Source: Myxococcales bacterium (lineage in GTDB: Bacteria > Myxococcota_A > Polyangia > Palsa-1104 > SHYY01). Taken from it: a DNA stretch of 37,243 nucleotides. The translations under genes were made by a program, and so were the position numbers. Location: positions 1 through 37,243 of the forward strand of contig JAJXSP010000001.1 of assembly GCA_021784515.1 (NCBI GenBank). Direction: 5' to 3'. A model generated the notes under the pieces. It was not told the origin of the DNA and did no database searches. It saw only the letters and a list, made by a program, of their open reading frames with translations. This document shows, in pieces, positions 21,884-30,948 of the stretch. Within the stretch, counting starts at the first letter, position 1; each line of letters starts with the position of its first letter.

Positions 21884-21903
21884 AAAAAAAGCGCTCACGC
21901 GCC
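21884..21903 (-). terminator. short hairpin plus T7 tract downstream of tRNA-Val
   Basis: Minus strand reads GGCGC GTGA GCGC TTTTTTT GTTTCTATTTTCG. The stem is only 4-5 bp, so the call is tentative. Confidence 0.4.
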
Positions 21904-21938
21904 TTGGGGGACGGGCAGCGGCATACAGACCGCCGTTG

Positions 21939-22010
<72 letters not shown>

Positions 22011-22025
22011 GAAAAAAGCCCCCAG

Positions 22026-22054
22026 GTGTTAGACCCGTCGCGCCTCCGTGTCAA
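22026..22054 (-). promoter_or_regulatory. candidate sigma-70-type promoter for tRNA-Val
   Basis: Minus strand has TTGACA, a 17-nt spacer, then TAACAC. The -10 ends 15 nt before the tRNA 5' end. The -10 is weak (3/6) and the -35 overlaps the kinase stop codon. Confidence 0.3.
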
Positions 22055-24423
22055 GCCTTTTCACCGGCTTCGGCGCGGACGTGAAGGCGCACCTGGCGGA
22101 GGAACTCGGCGACGCCGAACGGCTTGAGGAGGAAGCCGTCGGCGCCCGCGGCGAGGGCGGCGCGGCGGATCCCCTCGCCCGTCATGGCGGTCACCATCAG
22201 TACCGGCACCGACGTGGTGACCTCGGAGCCCTTCAGGCGGCGGCACACCTCCAGCCCGTCGAGCCCGCCCATCGCGAAGTCGAGGATCACGAGGTCGGCG
22301 CGGGCCGCCCGCTCCACGCGCTGGAGCAGCGCCTCGCCGGTGCCGACGCTGACCACCTCGTAGCCCTCGCGCTCGAGGAGGAAGCGCGTGAAGTCGAGGT
22401 TGCCGGGATCGTCGTCGGCGACCAGCACGCAGGGGCGCGGCGCCTCGGCCGCGGCCTCGGTCGGACGCGGGGCGAGCAGCCGCCGGATCGCCCCCACGAG
22501 CGCCGCGAGATCGCCGCCGCCGACGACGTGATCGGCGTGCTCGAACAGGCCGCGGGCGTCGCCCTCGGCGAGCACCACGACGGGCACGTCCTCGAGCCCC
22601 GGCTCGCTCTTGAGGAGCGCGGTCAGCTCGTCGGTGGGCTCGCCGAAGCCGAGCACCACCGCGTCGGGGCGATGGCGCCGGGCGCGCCGCAGCACCACCT
22701 CGGGCGTCTCGGCGTGGAGCGGCGAGAAGCCCGCAGCCTCGAGCTGGTCGCGCGCCGCGCGCCAGCGGGGCTCCGGCAGCCCGACGAGCAGCACCGGCTG
22801 ATCGCCCGACGGCGCGGGCCCGGTCGAGGCGCCCAGCGCCGGGATCCGCAGCGTGAAGGTGGAGCCGCGCCGCTCCGCGCTCGCGACGGAGATCTCGCCG
22901 CCGTGGAGGGTGGCGATCTCGCGCGCGAGGGCCAGCCCGAGGCCGGCGCCGCCGAAGCGCCGCGTCGCCGACGAGTCCACCTGGTAGAACGGCTCGAAGA
23001 TGCGCTGCTGCTCCGAAGGGGGGATGCCGATCCCGGTGTCGCGCACCTCGACCACGACGCAGCCCCCTGCCCTCGACGAGCCCGGCGACGGCGTGCGCGC
23101 GGCCGCCTCCTCGCGCCGCGCCACCACGTCGATCGTGCCGCCCGCCGCGGCGCAGAACTTCTCGGCGTTGGAGAGCAGCGCGCGGAGCGCCTGCAGGAGC
23201 CGCGCGCGGTCGCCGTCCACCTCGAGCGGCTCGTTCGCCACGTCGACGGCGAGGCGGATGCCGCGCTCGCCGAGCCGCGCCTGGAACGCGGCGGCCACCT
23301 CGTGCGCGATCGCCCCCACGTCGGTGCGCGTGCGGTGCAGCGTGAGCCGCCCCTCCTCGCGCCGCGCGAAGTCGAGCAGCGTCTCGATCAGATCCACCAG
23401 CCGGTCGGTGTTCGAACGCGCGATCTCCAGCCCCCGTCGCTGGCGCGGGGTGAGCGGCCCGAGCGCGCCGGCGAGCAGCAGCTCGTTGTAGCCCTTGATC
23501 GAGACCAGCGGCGTGCGCAGCTCGTGCGACACGTTGGCGAGCAGCTGCGACTTCAGCCGGTCGAGCGACGCCAGCTCCGCGTTGCGGGTGCGCAGCTCCT
23601 CGACGGTGCGCTCGAGCTGCGTCTCGAGGGAGCGCACGGCGGTGATGTCGCGCGCCAGCCCCTCGACGATCGACACCTCGCCGAGCGCGTTGCGCACCGG
23701 CAGCAGCGCCTGGTGGAGCAGGAAGGGCTGGCCGTCCTTGCGCACCATGCCGACGACGAGCGTCTGGGGCGTGCCCTGCGCCGCCGCGCGTCGCGCCTCG
23801 CGCCACGCCTCGCGGTACTCGGGCTGCACCTGGCGGCGCAGCAGCCCGGGATCGCGCGCCAGCTCTTCGGGCGAAAAGCCGCTGATGCGCTCGACGGCGC
23901 GGCTCACGAACAGGACGCGCCCGGTGTGCGCGTCCAGGCGCGAGAGGATGTCGGGCGCATCGTCCACCAGCTCCCGGAAGCCGCGGCCGCCGACGCTCCC
24001 GGGCGCGGCCTCGGTGATGTCCACCATCGTCACGCAGACCCCGCGCCGCCCGTCGGGGAGGGCGCAGGGCGACGAGGTGAAGTCGATGAAGCGGGCCACG
24101 CCGTCGCTGGCTCGTGACAGCTGCCCCTGGTGGCGCACCGCCGGCCCTTCGCGCCGCGCCAGGTCGGCGACCAGCGAGCGCACCCCCGGCGCCCACTCCG
24201 GCTCGGGCACGAGGTGATCGATCCAGGTCGTCCCGCGCAGGTGCTCCGGCCGCAGGCCGAGCAGCGCGACGAGCGCGTCGTTGCCGAGGAGGAAGCGCCC
24301 CTCGGCGTCGAGCACGGCGAGCGCGATCGGCGCGCGCATCAACGCCTCCCAGCCGAGGCCCACGAGCCCTACCGTCGTGTCCACGAAGCCGCCGTCCACG
24401 CGCCCCGTCATCGCCCTTCCCAT
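22051..24423 (-). CDS. hybrid sensor histidine kinase: PAS-PAS-HisKA-HATPase, degenerate receiver, then canonical receiver
   Basis: H-box SHELRTPL, N-box LLSNAEKF, G1 DTGIGI, G2 GGAGLGLALA. The first REC-like domain lacks the acidic pocket (GLPEP, VVLGFGEP). The second REC has DDD, ILDFAMGG, VTA and LKPF. GGAGG lies upstream of the ATG at 24423. Confidence 0.9.
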   Translation of the reverse strand: MGRAMTGRVDGGFVDTTVGLVGLGWEALMRAPIALAVLDAEGRFLLGNDALVALLGLRPEHLRGTTWIDHLVPEPEWAPGVRSLVADLARREGPAVRHQGQLSRASDGVARFIDFTSSPCALPDGRRGVCVTMVDITEAAPGSVGGRGFRELVDDAPDILSRLDAHTGRVLFVSRAVERISGFSPEELARDPGLLRRQVQPEYREAWREARRAAAQGTPQTLVVGMVRKDGQPFLLHQALLPVRNALGEVSIVEGLARDITAVRSLETQLERTVEELRTRNAELASLDRLKSQLLANVSHELRTPLVSIKGYNELLLAGALGPLTPRQRRGLEIARSNTDRLVDLIETLLDFARREEGRLTLHRTRTDVGAIAHEVAAAFQARLGERGIRLAVDVANEPLEVDGDRARLLQALRALLSNAEKFCAAAGGTIDVVARREEAAARTPSPGSSRAGGCVVVEVRDTGIGIPPSEQQRIFEPFYQVDSSATRRFGGAGLGLALAREIATLHGGEISVASAERRGSTFTLRIPALGASTGPAPSGDQPVLLVGLPEPRWRAARDQLEAAGFSPLHAETPEVVLRRARRHRPDAVVLGFGEPTDELTALLKSEPGLEDVPVVVLAEGDARGLFEHADHVVGGGDLAALVGAIRRLLAPRPTEAAAEAPRPCVLVADDDPGNLDFTRFLLEREGYEVVSVGTGEALLQRVERAARADLVILDFAMGGLDGLEVCRRLKGSEVTTSVPVLMVTAMTGEGIRRAALAAGADGFLLKPFGVAEFLRQVRLHVRAEAGEKA

Positions 24424-24447
24424 GGCCGCCTCCGCCTCATCCCGCGC

Positions 24448-26607
24448 TCAGGGCGCGGCCGACTGGTAGGGGAGCCGCGCGCCCACCGCCACCACTGTCT
24501 CACGCCCCGCGTCGACGTGGACCTTCGCCGTCCACGGGCGCAGCATCCCGAGCCGCACCTCGATCGCGTGGTCGCCCTCGTCGAGCCCCTCCACCTTCGT
24601 CGGCACCCGGCCGCGCGGCGTGCCGTCGATCCACAACTCGCCGCCCGCCAGGTCGTCGAGCGTCAGCCTCACGGAGATCGATCCCGGGATCCGCTCGCCC
24701 GTGAGCGCCACCCGCAGCGTCCGCGCGGCGCCCGCCTCCACGTCCACCGAGCCGCTGTAGTCGCCAAAGCCGGTGCGCCGTACCTCGACCGTGTGCCGCC
24801 CCGCCCCGAGCGGCGTCGAGAACGGCACGATGCCGGCGCTCCGTCCGTCGATCCACACCGTCGCGCCGAGGGCGCTCCCGTCGTTCTCGGAGACCACCTC
24901 GACGCTGCCCTGCCCCGCGCCGAGCGCGGTCGGGTCGCGCACCACGGCCGGGGTCGCCACCGCGCGCGAGGTCGCGCCTCGGGACGGTGTCGCCGCCGAC
25001 GGAGCGGAGGGCTCCTCCGTCCCGACGGCGGCGCGCCCCGGCCCGCTCGCGCGGCGCCGCGTCGCGATCGCGGAGGGCGCCTCGCCGCGCAGCCCCTCGC
25101 GCTCGATCGCCGAACGCCACGCGATCATCCCGCCGACGCCGACCACCACGAGCACCGCCGCGGCCAGCCACCGCCCGGTGCGCGGCTCCTCACCCTCGGC
25201 GGTGGTCGTCGCGCGCAGCGTGCTCGCCGCGCGCTCGGGCGCGACCGCCGAGCCGACCACCCCCGGCTTCTCGTCGTGGTGCTCGAGGTCCTCGAGCAGC
25301 TCCTCCACCGACTGGTAGCGCTTCGCCGGGTCGCGCGCGGTGCACTTGCGGATGATCCGGATCAGCCCCTGCGGCTGCCCGATCAGCTCCGACAGCGACG
25401 GCGTCTCCTCGACCAGCAGCGTGGGCTCGCGCTCGAGGAGCATGAAGTGGAGCAGCCGCCCGAGGCCGAAGAGATCGGTGGCCGCCTCGCGCGCGTCGCG
25501 GCCCCCGAGCAGCTCGGGCGCGACGAAGCTCGTCCACGTCCCGGACGAGGCGCGCAGCAGCCCGACGTCGGCGAGGTCGAAGTCGGTCACCACCGGGGTG
25601 CCGTCGGCGCGGACCAGCACGTTCGCCGGCTTCAGGCACCGGTGGAGGACGTGGTGATCGTGCGCGTACCGCACCGCGTGACAGATGCGCTCGAACACCG
25701 CCACCTTCTTCAGCCGGCTCCAGCCGAACTGCGCCACCTTCGAGAGGTCGCCCGCCTCGACGAGGTCCATCGCGTAGGCGAGGCGCGCCTCGTCGGAGCG
25801 CACGCGGATCACCGCCGTCGACGGCGCGGGTTGAGCGCCGAGGTGCTCCATCGCCCGCGCGCCGCGGCGGAACTGGTGCAACGCCAGTCCCTTGGGGCAC
25901 AGGTCGAGGTCGAACAGCTTCACCGCGCGGGACGCGCCGGTGGTCACGTCGGTGCCGCGCCACACCGGTCCCGTCGCGCCGTGGCCGAGGATCCGATCGA
26001 GCCGTACGCCCAGGATGACCTCGCCGGGGACGGGGCGCGGCGCCGCCGCCAGCTCGGCGGCCAGCTCCTCGATCCGCCGCTCGCGCTCGGCGATCACGCC
26101 GTCGGTGTCGCCCGCGGCGCGGCGGGCGCGCTCGCGCGTCAGGCGGTCGATCTCCTCGACCAGCGCGATGGCGGCCGGCCGGTAGCTCTGCGACGGCGGG
26201 GCGTCGGCCTCGGCGGCCGCGGCGGCGCCCGGCTCGGCGAAGGCGGCCTCGACCGACCGCTCGAAGCCATCGTCCGTCGGTGGGGCCGGCGGCGGCGGCG
26301 CGGTCTCGGCCGCGGCGAGGAACTGCTCGGGCGGCTCGGCGGCCGGATCCTCCTCCTCGGCGACGCCCCACCCCTCCGTCGGTGGCGCGCTCCCAAGCGA
26401 CGCCCACGGGCCGTCGGACACGGCCGTCCCGTCGCCGTCCGCGGCGGCACCGGCCGACTGCGGGGTTGCGATGTCGCCGCCCGGCTCGCTTGGCGCGACG
26501 GCGACGCTCGCCGGCTCCGCGCGCTCCTCCACCTCGAGCCGCGTCATCGCGTCGCCATCGGCGGGGGCCGCACCGTCGCTGTCTGTGTCGTCCCGGACCT
26601 CTCCCAT
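24448..26607 (-). CDS. Ser/Thr protein kinase-like protein (predicted pseudokinase) with one TM helix and two C-terminal PEGA domains
   Basis: Kinase subdomains are present: LGHGATGPVWRG, RAVKLF, HRCLKPANV (HRD changed to HRC; Cys codon at 25636-25638), TDFD (DFG changed to DFD; 25576-25584), APE, and DLFGLG. TM helix WLAAAVLVVVGVGGMIAW. Two PEGA-like modules (VWIDGRSAGIVPF...GRHTVEV; LWIDGTPRGRVPT...GDHAIEV). Start at MGEVRDD (26607), with GGAGGAG upstream. Confidence 0.85.
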   Translation of the reverse strand: MGEVRDDTDSDGAAPADGDAMTRLEVEERAEPASVAVAPSEPGGDIATPQSAGAAADGDGTAVSDGPWASLGSAPPTEGWGVAEEEDPAAEPPEQFLAAAETAPPPPAPPTDDGFERSVEAAFAEPGAAAAAEADAPPSQSYRPAAIALVEEIDRLTRERARRAAGDTDGVIAERERRIEELAAELAAAPRPVPGEVILGVRLDRILGHGATGPVWRGTDVTTGASRAVKLFDLDLCPKGLALHQFRRGARAMEHLGAQPAPSTAVIRVRSDEARLAYAMDLVEAGDLSKVAQFGWSRLKKVAVFERICHAVRYAHDHHVLHRCLKPANVLVRADGTPVVTDFDLADVGLLRASSGTWTSFVAPELLGGRDAREAATDLFGLGRLLHFMLLEREPTLLVEETPSLSELIGQPQGLIRIIRKCTARDPAKRYQSVEELLEDLEHHDEKPGVVGSAVAPERAASTLRATTTAEGEEPRTGRWLAAAVLVVVGVGGMIAWRSAIEREGLRGEAPSAIATRRRASGPGRAAVGTEEPSAPSAATPSRGATSRAVATPAVVRDPTALGAGQGSVEVVSENDGSALGATVWIDGRSAGIVPFSTPLGAGRHTVEVRRTGFGDYSGSVDVEAGAARTLRVALTGERIPGSISVRLTLDDLAGGELWIDGTPRGRVPTKVEGLDEGDHAIEVRLGMLRPWTAKVHVDAGRETVVAVGARLPYQSAAP

Positions 26608-26748
26608 GCGGGAGACTCCTCCGAAGCCGCGCCGGATGGTCGCACATTTCGGCGGGCGTTGCGACGCTCCACGTCCGGGCGCCTCGCCCCCCCCTTGCCG
26701 TGCACGATTCCGGTGGTTTCCGCGCGCCGGGATCGCCCATCTTTCAGT

Positions 26749-27177
26749 GTGCATCGCTTCCCGCTCTCGCTGCTCCGCCGCCTGCCCGGCTCCCTCGTCC
26801 GGTGCGCCGCCTCGTCGATCGGTACCGTCGCCGTGGAGTTCGTTTTGATGACGTTCCTCGTGAGCGCGCTCCACTTCCAGTACCTCGCCGGCTTCCTGCT
26901 GGCGACGGTGGCGAACCTCGCGCTCGGCTTCGTGATCAACCGCCGCTGGAGCTTCGCGGCCCGCGACGGCGCGGTGCGGCGCCAGCTGCTCCGGTACCTC
27001 GCCGTCACCGCCGTCGGCGTCGGGATGGCGACGGTGCTGCTGCACCTGTTCGTCCAGACGGCGCGCATGCCGTACCAGCTCGGCTGGATGGCCGCCGGGT
27101 GCGTCTGCTTCGGCACCTGGACCTACCCGATGAACCGCTGCTTCATCTTCGCGCCCTCGTCGGAGCGCGGAGCGTAG
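26749..27177 (+). CDS. GtrA-like small membrane protein
   Basis: Four predicted TM helices and the typical GtrA motif FVINRRWSF after helix 2, with NRCFIF near the C-terminus. The GTG start at 26749 is provisional. Confidence 0.6.
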   Translation: MHRFPLSLLRRLPGSLVRCAASSIGTVAVEFVLMTFLVSALHFQYLAGFLLATVANLALGFVINRRWSFAARDGAVRRQLLRYLAVTAVGVGMATVLLHLFVQTARMPYQLGWMAAGCVCFGTWTYPMNRCFIFAPSSERGA

Positions 27178-27179
27178 CG

Positions 27180-28568
27180 TCAGCGCTTCCCGCTGCGGGC
27201 GCGGCAGAGGATCCGGACCGGCGTGCCCACAAAGCCGAACTCCTCGCGCAGCCGGTTGGCGAGGTAGCGCCGGTAGCTGAAGTGGACGCCCTCGGGGTGG
27301 TTCACCGACAGCACGAACGTCGGCGGCCGCGTCGTCGCCTGGGTGATGTAGTAGAGCTTCACCGGCGTGCCCCGATAAAGTGAGGGCGGGTGGTGCTCGA
27401 CCAGCCCCTCGAAGAACCGGTTCAGCTCGCCCGTCGAAACGCGCTTCGAGGCGCTTTCGTACACCTCGCGCGCCGCCTCGAGCAGCCCATGCACCGCGCG
27501 CCCGGTCCGCGCCGAGCAGAAGATCACCTTCGCCCACGGCACGAACTGCAGCTGCCGCTCGAGCGCCTCCTTGAGCCGGCGCTCGTCCTTCTCGTCGACG
27601 AGATCGCGCTTGTTGAAGGCGATCACCAGCGCGCGCCCCGCCTCGTCGCACATCCCGGCGATCTTCGCCTCCTGCTCGGCGACGCCGGCCTCCGCGTCGA
27701 TCACCAGCACCGTCACGTCGCAGCGCCCGATCGCCTTCTCGGCCATCGCGACGGCGATCTTCTCCATCGGCGCCTCGACGCGCGCGCGCTTGCGGATGCC
27801 GGCGGTGTCGATCAGCACGAAGCGGTGGTCGCCGTACGTGAGCGGCGTGTCGACGGGATCGCGCGTGGTGCCCGGCGTCGAGTCGACGATCACACGCTCG
27901 TCGCCGACGAGCCGGTTCACGAGCGACGACTTGCCCGCGTTCGGCCGCCCGACGAGCGCGACCCGGATCGGGCGCTCCTCCTCGATGTCGATCGCGCGCG
28001 GGGCGTCGGGCAGCCGCTCCAGGATCGCGTCGCACAGCTCGCCCACGTTGCGGCCGTGCGTCGCCGAAACCCCGACGACCACGTCGGCGCCGAGCTCGTA
28101 CAGCTCGCCGGCGAGCGCCTCCTGCCGCACGCCGTCCACCTTGTTCGCGACCCACACCACCGGCTTGCCGCTCCGGCGCAGCGTCTCGGCCGCCTCGTGA
28201 TCGCCCCGCGTGGGGCCCTCCGTGGCGTCGAGAACGAAGAGGATCAAGGAGGCCTCTTCGACCGCGCGCATCGCCTGCGACACCACGCTGCGGGCGATCG
28301 TGTCGTCGCGCCGGCGCGCGGCCCCGAGGTCGAGCCCGCCGGTGTCCACGACGCGAAAGACGTGGCCGGCCCACTCCATCTCGCCGTAGCGCCGGTCGCG
28401 CGTGACGCCCGGCTCGTCCTCGACGATGGCGTGGTGCCCGCCGCACAGCCGGTTGAAGAGCGTGGACTTGCCGACGTTCGGCCGCCCGACGATCGCCACC
28501 AGCGGCGCACCCTCCGTCTGGACGACGGTGCGCGCGGGCGGCGCGCCGGTCCTGCGGCGGGCGGCCAC
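27180..28568 (-). CDS. der: ribosome biogenesis GTPase Der (EngA)
   Basis: Two tandem GTPase domains (GRPNVGKSTLFN...DTGG...NKVD; GRPNAGKSSLVN...DTAG...NKRD) plus a KH-like C-terminus. The GTG start overlaps the era stop (TAGTG at 28566-28570). Confidence 0.92.
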   Translation of the reverse strand: MAARRRTGAPPARTVVQTEGAPLVAIVGRPNVGKSTLFNRLCGGHHAIVEDEPGVTRDRRYGEMEWAGHVFRVVDTGGLDLGAARRRDDTIARSVVSQAMRAVEEASLILFVLDATEGPTRGDHEAAETLRRSGKPVVWVANKVDGVRQEALAGELYELGADVVVGVSATHGRNVGELCDAILERLPDAPRAIDIEEERPIRVALVGRPNAGKSSLVNRLVGDERVIVDSTPGTTRDPVDTPLTYGDHRFVLIDTAGIRKRARVEAPMEKIAVAMAEKAIGRCDVTVLVIDAEAGVAEQEAKIAGMCDEAGRALVIAFNKRDLVDEKDERRLKEALERQLQFVPWAKVIFCSARTGRAVHGLLEAAREVYESASKRVSTGELNRFFEGLVEHHPPSLYRGTPVKLYYITQATTRPPTFVLSVNHPEGVHFSYRRYLANRLREEFGFVGTPVRILCRARSGKR

Positions 28569-29530
28569 TACTCGTACCCCAGTTCCTTCAGCGCCCGCGC
28601 GTCCTGCGACCAGCCGGGATCGACGCGCACGAAGAGCTTGAGGTGCACCTCGCAGTCGAGGAGGCGCCCGATCTCGTGGCGCGCGCGCGAGCCGATCTCG
28701 CGGACCATCCGCCCGCCGCCGCCGACGAGGATGCGCTTTTGCGCCTCCTTCTCGACGTGGATGGTGGCGTCGATCACCACGTCCATCCGGCGCCCGTCCG
28801 CCTGGCCCGGCGCCGCGCGCTCGGCGAACGAGTCCACCGTCACCGCTACCGCGTAGGGCACCTCGGCGCGCGTCAGGACGAACACCTGCTCGCGCACCAT
28901 CTCCGCCGCCAGCCAGCGCTCCGCGCGATCGGTCACCATCTCCTCGGGGAACAGCCGCTCGCCCTCGGGGAGCAGCGCCGTCACCTCGCGCAGCAGCTCG
29001 TCCACGCCCTGCTGCCGCAGCGCCGAGATCGGCAGCACCGCGCGGAACGGGTGCGCCTTCGCCCAGGCTTCCATCACCGGCAGCAGGAAGTTCTTCTTGT
29101 GGAGGAGGTCGATCTTGTTGACGGCGAGGAGCGCGGGCTTCTTCGCCTCGGCGAGCGCGGCGAGCAGCGTGTCGTGGGCCGCGCCGATTTTGTAGGCGCC
29201 GTGCTCGAGTCGTTTCACCTCGTCGGGCGAGGGCGCCTCCACGAGCACCAGCACCGCGTCCACCTCGCCGATCGCGGAGAGCGCCTGGTCCATCATGAAC
29301 TTGTTCAGCTCGGTGCGGCCGCGGCCCCCGGGGCGGTGCAGCCCCGGCGTGTCGACGAGGACGAGCTGGCCGCGCTCGAGGTTGCGCACGCCGAGGATCC
29401 GGTTGCGCGTGGTCTGCGGGCGCGGCGAGGTGATGGCGATCTTCTGCCCGAGGAGCAGGTTGAGCAGCGTGGACTTGCCGACGTTGGGCAGGCCGACGAT
29501 CGCCACGAAGCCGGCGCGGAACGGTTCCAT
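28568..29530 (-). CDS. era: GTPase Era
   Basis: GFVAIVGLPNVGKSTLLN, SPRPQTTR, DTPG, NKID, and a C-terminal KH domain. Start at MEPFRAG (29530). Confidence 0.92.
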   Translation of the reverse strand: MEPFRAGFVAIVGLPNVGKSTLLNLLLGQKIAITSPRPQTTRNRILGVRNLERGQLVLVDTPGLHRPGGRGRTELNKFMMDQALSAIGEVDAVLVLVEAPSPDEVKRLEHGAYKIGAAHDTLLAALAEAKKPALLAVNKIDLLHKKNFLLPVMEAWAKAHPFRAVLPISALRQQGVDELLREVTALLPEGERLFPEEMVTDRAERWLAAEMVREQVFVLTRAEVPYAVAVTVDSFAERAAPGQADGRRMDVVIDATIHVEKEAQKRILVGGGGRMVREIGSRARHEIGRLLDCEVHLKLFVRVDPGWSQDARALKELGYE

Positions 29531-29604
29531 CGCCGGCGGTGTAGCACGGCCGCCCCCCCGGGTGCGACTTTCCGCGTTCGGGCGTGGCGCGCGGCGCAAT
29601 TCCC

Positions 29605-29633
29605 TTGACGAGCCCGCCCGAGCCCGGAAAACT
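29605..29633 (+). promoter_or_regulatory. candidate sigma-70-type promoter for the DUF4190-lgt unit
   Basis: TTGACG (29605-29610), a 17-nt spacer, then AAAACT (29628-29633), 30 nt before the ATG at 29663. The -10 is weak. Confidence 0.25.
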
Positions 29634-29662
29634 CGGCGGTCACGCCTGCGGCCCACCGAACG

Positions 29663-30118
29663 ATGGGGCGCCGGAGGCCGGGAAACTGGAGGTGTCTCTT
29701 GGGAGTCGCAGCGCTCGTCCTCGGAATTCTCGGCATCCTGTGCAGCTTCACCGGGATCGGCAGCCCGATCGGGATCCTGTTCGGGATCCCCGCGCTCGTG
29801 CTCGGCATCGTCGCGCGGAAGAGGGCGCGCACGGAGAACGCGCCGTCGGGGCTCGCCACCGCCGGCATGGTGGTCGGCATCGTCAGCCTCGCCTTCGGGG
29901 CGCTGGTGGCGGCGGCCTGCGCGGCGTGCGGCGCGTGGGTGAAGGAGATGAACACCGAGATGCAGCAGCAGAACCAGAGCAACCCGCGCGTCAAGCAGGG
30001 CTTCGAGGAGTTCAACCGCGCCGCCGCCGCGGCCGGTCAGGCGGAGGGCGATCCGCGGGGCGGAAAGCCGGCCCTTCCGGACGTGAAGAAGCCCGCGAGC
30101 GAAGACGACCGGAAGTAG
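29663..30118 (+). CDS. DUF4190-like small membrane protein
   Basis: Two Gly/Ile-rich hairpin TM segments (LGVAALVLGILGILCSF...GILFGIPALVLGIVA; AGMVVGIVSLAFGALVAAA) followed by a polar tail. Confidence 0.6.
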   Translation: MGRRRPGNWRCLLGVAALVLGILGILCSFTGIGSPIGILFGIPALVLGIVARKRARTENAPSGLATAGMVVGIVSLAFGALVAAACAACGAWVKEMNTEMQQQNQSNPRVKQGFEEFNRAAAAAGQAEGDPRGGKPALPDVKKPASEDDRK

Positions 30119-30159
30119 CGCCGAAACTCGTGATTCCGGGGCGTCAGCCGCCCCCCTCC

Positions 30160-30948
30160 ATGCACCCCATCCTGCTCCACCTTCCCGTCACCGATCGCCC
30201 GCTCTACACCTACTCGGTGCTGGTGCTCGCCGCGTGCGCGGTCGGCCTCGCCGTCGGCGCGCGGCGGGCGCGGCGCCACGGGCTCGAGCAGTTCGACGTG
30301 GTGGCGGCCGGGCTCCTCGCGATCGCCGCCGGCCTGGTCGGCGCGGCCGCGCTGTACGTCGCGATCCACTGGCGGGCCTTCCTCGCCGACCCGATGGCCT
30401 TCGCGCACCAGCCGGGGGTGGTCTTCTACGGCGGCTTCATCGCCGCGGCGGGGGCGGCTCTCGCCTACGCGCGCGCCTACCGCCTGCCCTTCCTCGCGCT
30501 CGCCGACGTGACCGCGGTGGCCCTGCCCGTCGGGCACGCCATCGGCCGCGTCGGCTGCTTCTTCGGCGGCTGCTGCTTCGGCGCGCCGACCACGTCGCCG
30601 CTGGGCGTGCGCTTCCCCGATCCGACGACGCCCGCCGGCGAGGCGAGCGCATTCCTCGGCGCGCTCCACCCGGTGCAGCTCTACGAGGCGGCCGGGCTGC
30701 TCGTCGTCGCGGCGCTCGTCGCGCTGCTCGGCCGGCGTCGCCGCGCGCCGGGGATGCTGATGGTCGCCTACGTCGCGCTCTACGCCCTGCTCCGGATCGC
30801 GACCGAGCTGTTTCGGGGCGACGCCGCGGCGCGCCGCTTCCTCGTCCCGGGCGTGCTGTCCACCTCGCAGGCGATCGCGCTCGCCCTGCTCGCCGCCGCG
30901 GCCGCCGGCGCGCTCGTGCTCCGACGGCTCGGGGAGCGCGCGTCGTGA
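30160..30948 (+). CDS. lgt: prolipoprotein diacylglyceryl transferase
   Basis: Lgt signature HAIGRVGCFFGGCCFG, plus HPVQLYEA and a multi-TM profile. Confidence 0.88.
   Translation: MHPILLHLPVTDRPLYTYSVLVLAACAVGLAVGARRARRHGLEQFDVVAAGLLAIAAGLVGAAALYVAIHWRAFLADPMAFAHQPGVVFYGGFIAAAGAALAYARAYRLPFLALADVTAVALPVGHAIGRVGCFFGGCCFGAPTTSPLGVRFPDPTTPAGEASAFLGALHPVQLYEAAGLLVVAALVALLGRRRRAPGMLMVAYVALYALLRIATELFRGDAAARRFLVPGVLSTSQAIALALLAAAAAGALVLRRLGERAS

Noticed and set aside
21845-21898. thrS start at the GTG at 21898, as in the ORF track ([12 protein letters not shown]...)
   Set aside because: Those codons are the T7 tract and T-rich trailer of the hairpin following tRNA-Val. The composition is unlike the rest of the gene, and the GTG at 21844 has a GAGGA upstream.
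24448-28446. Single 1332-aa minus-strand ORF spanning the kinase-like gene, the GtrA region and part of der
   Set aside because: Only the last 719 aa (from MGEVRDD at 26607, with a strong SD) look like protein. The upstream part is an Arg-rich off-frame read through der (same strand, different frame) and antisense to the GtrA-like gene.
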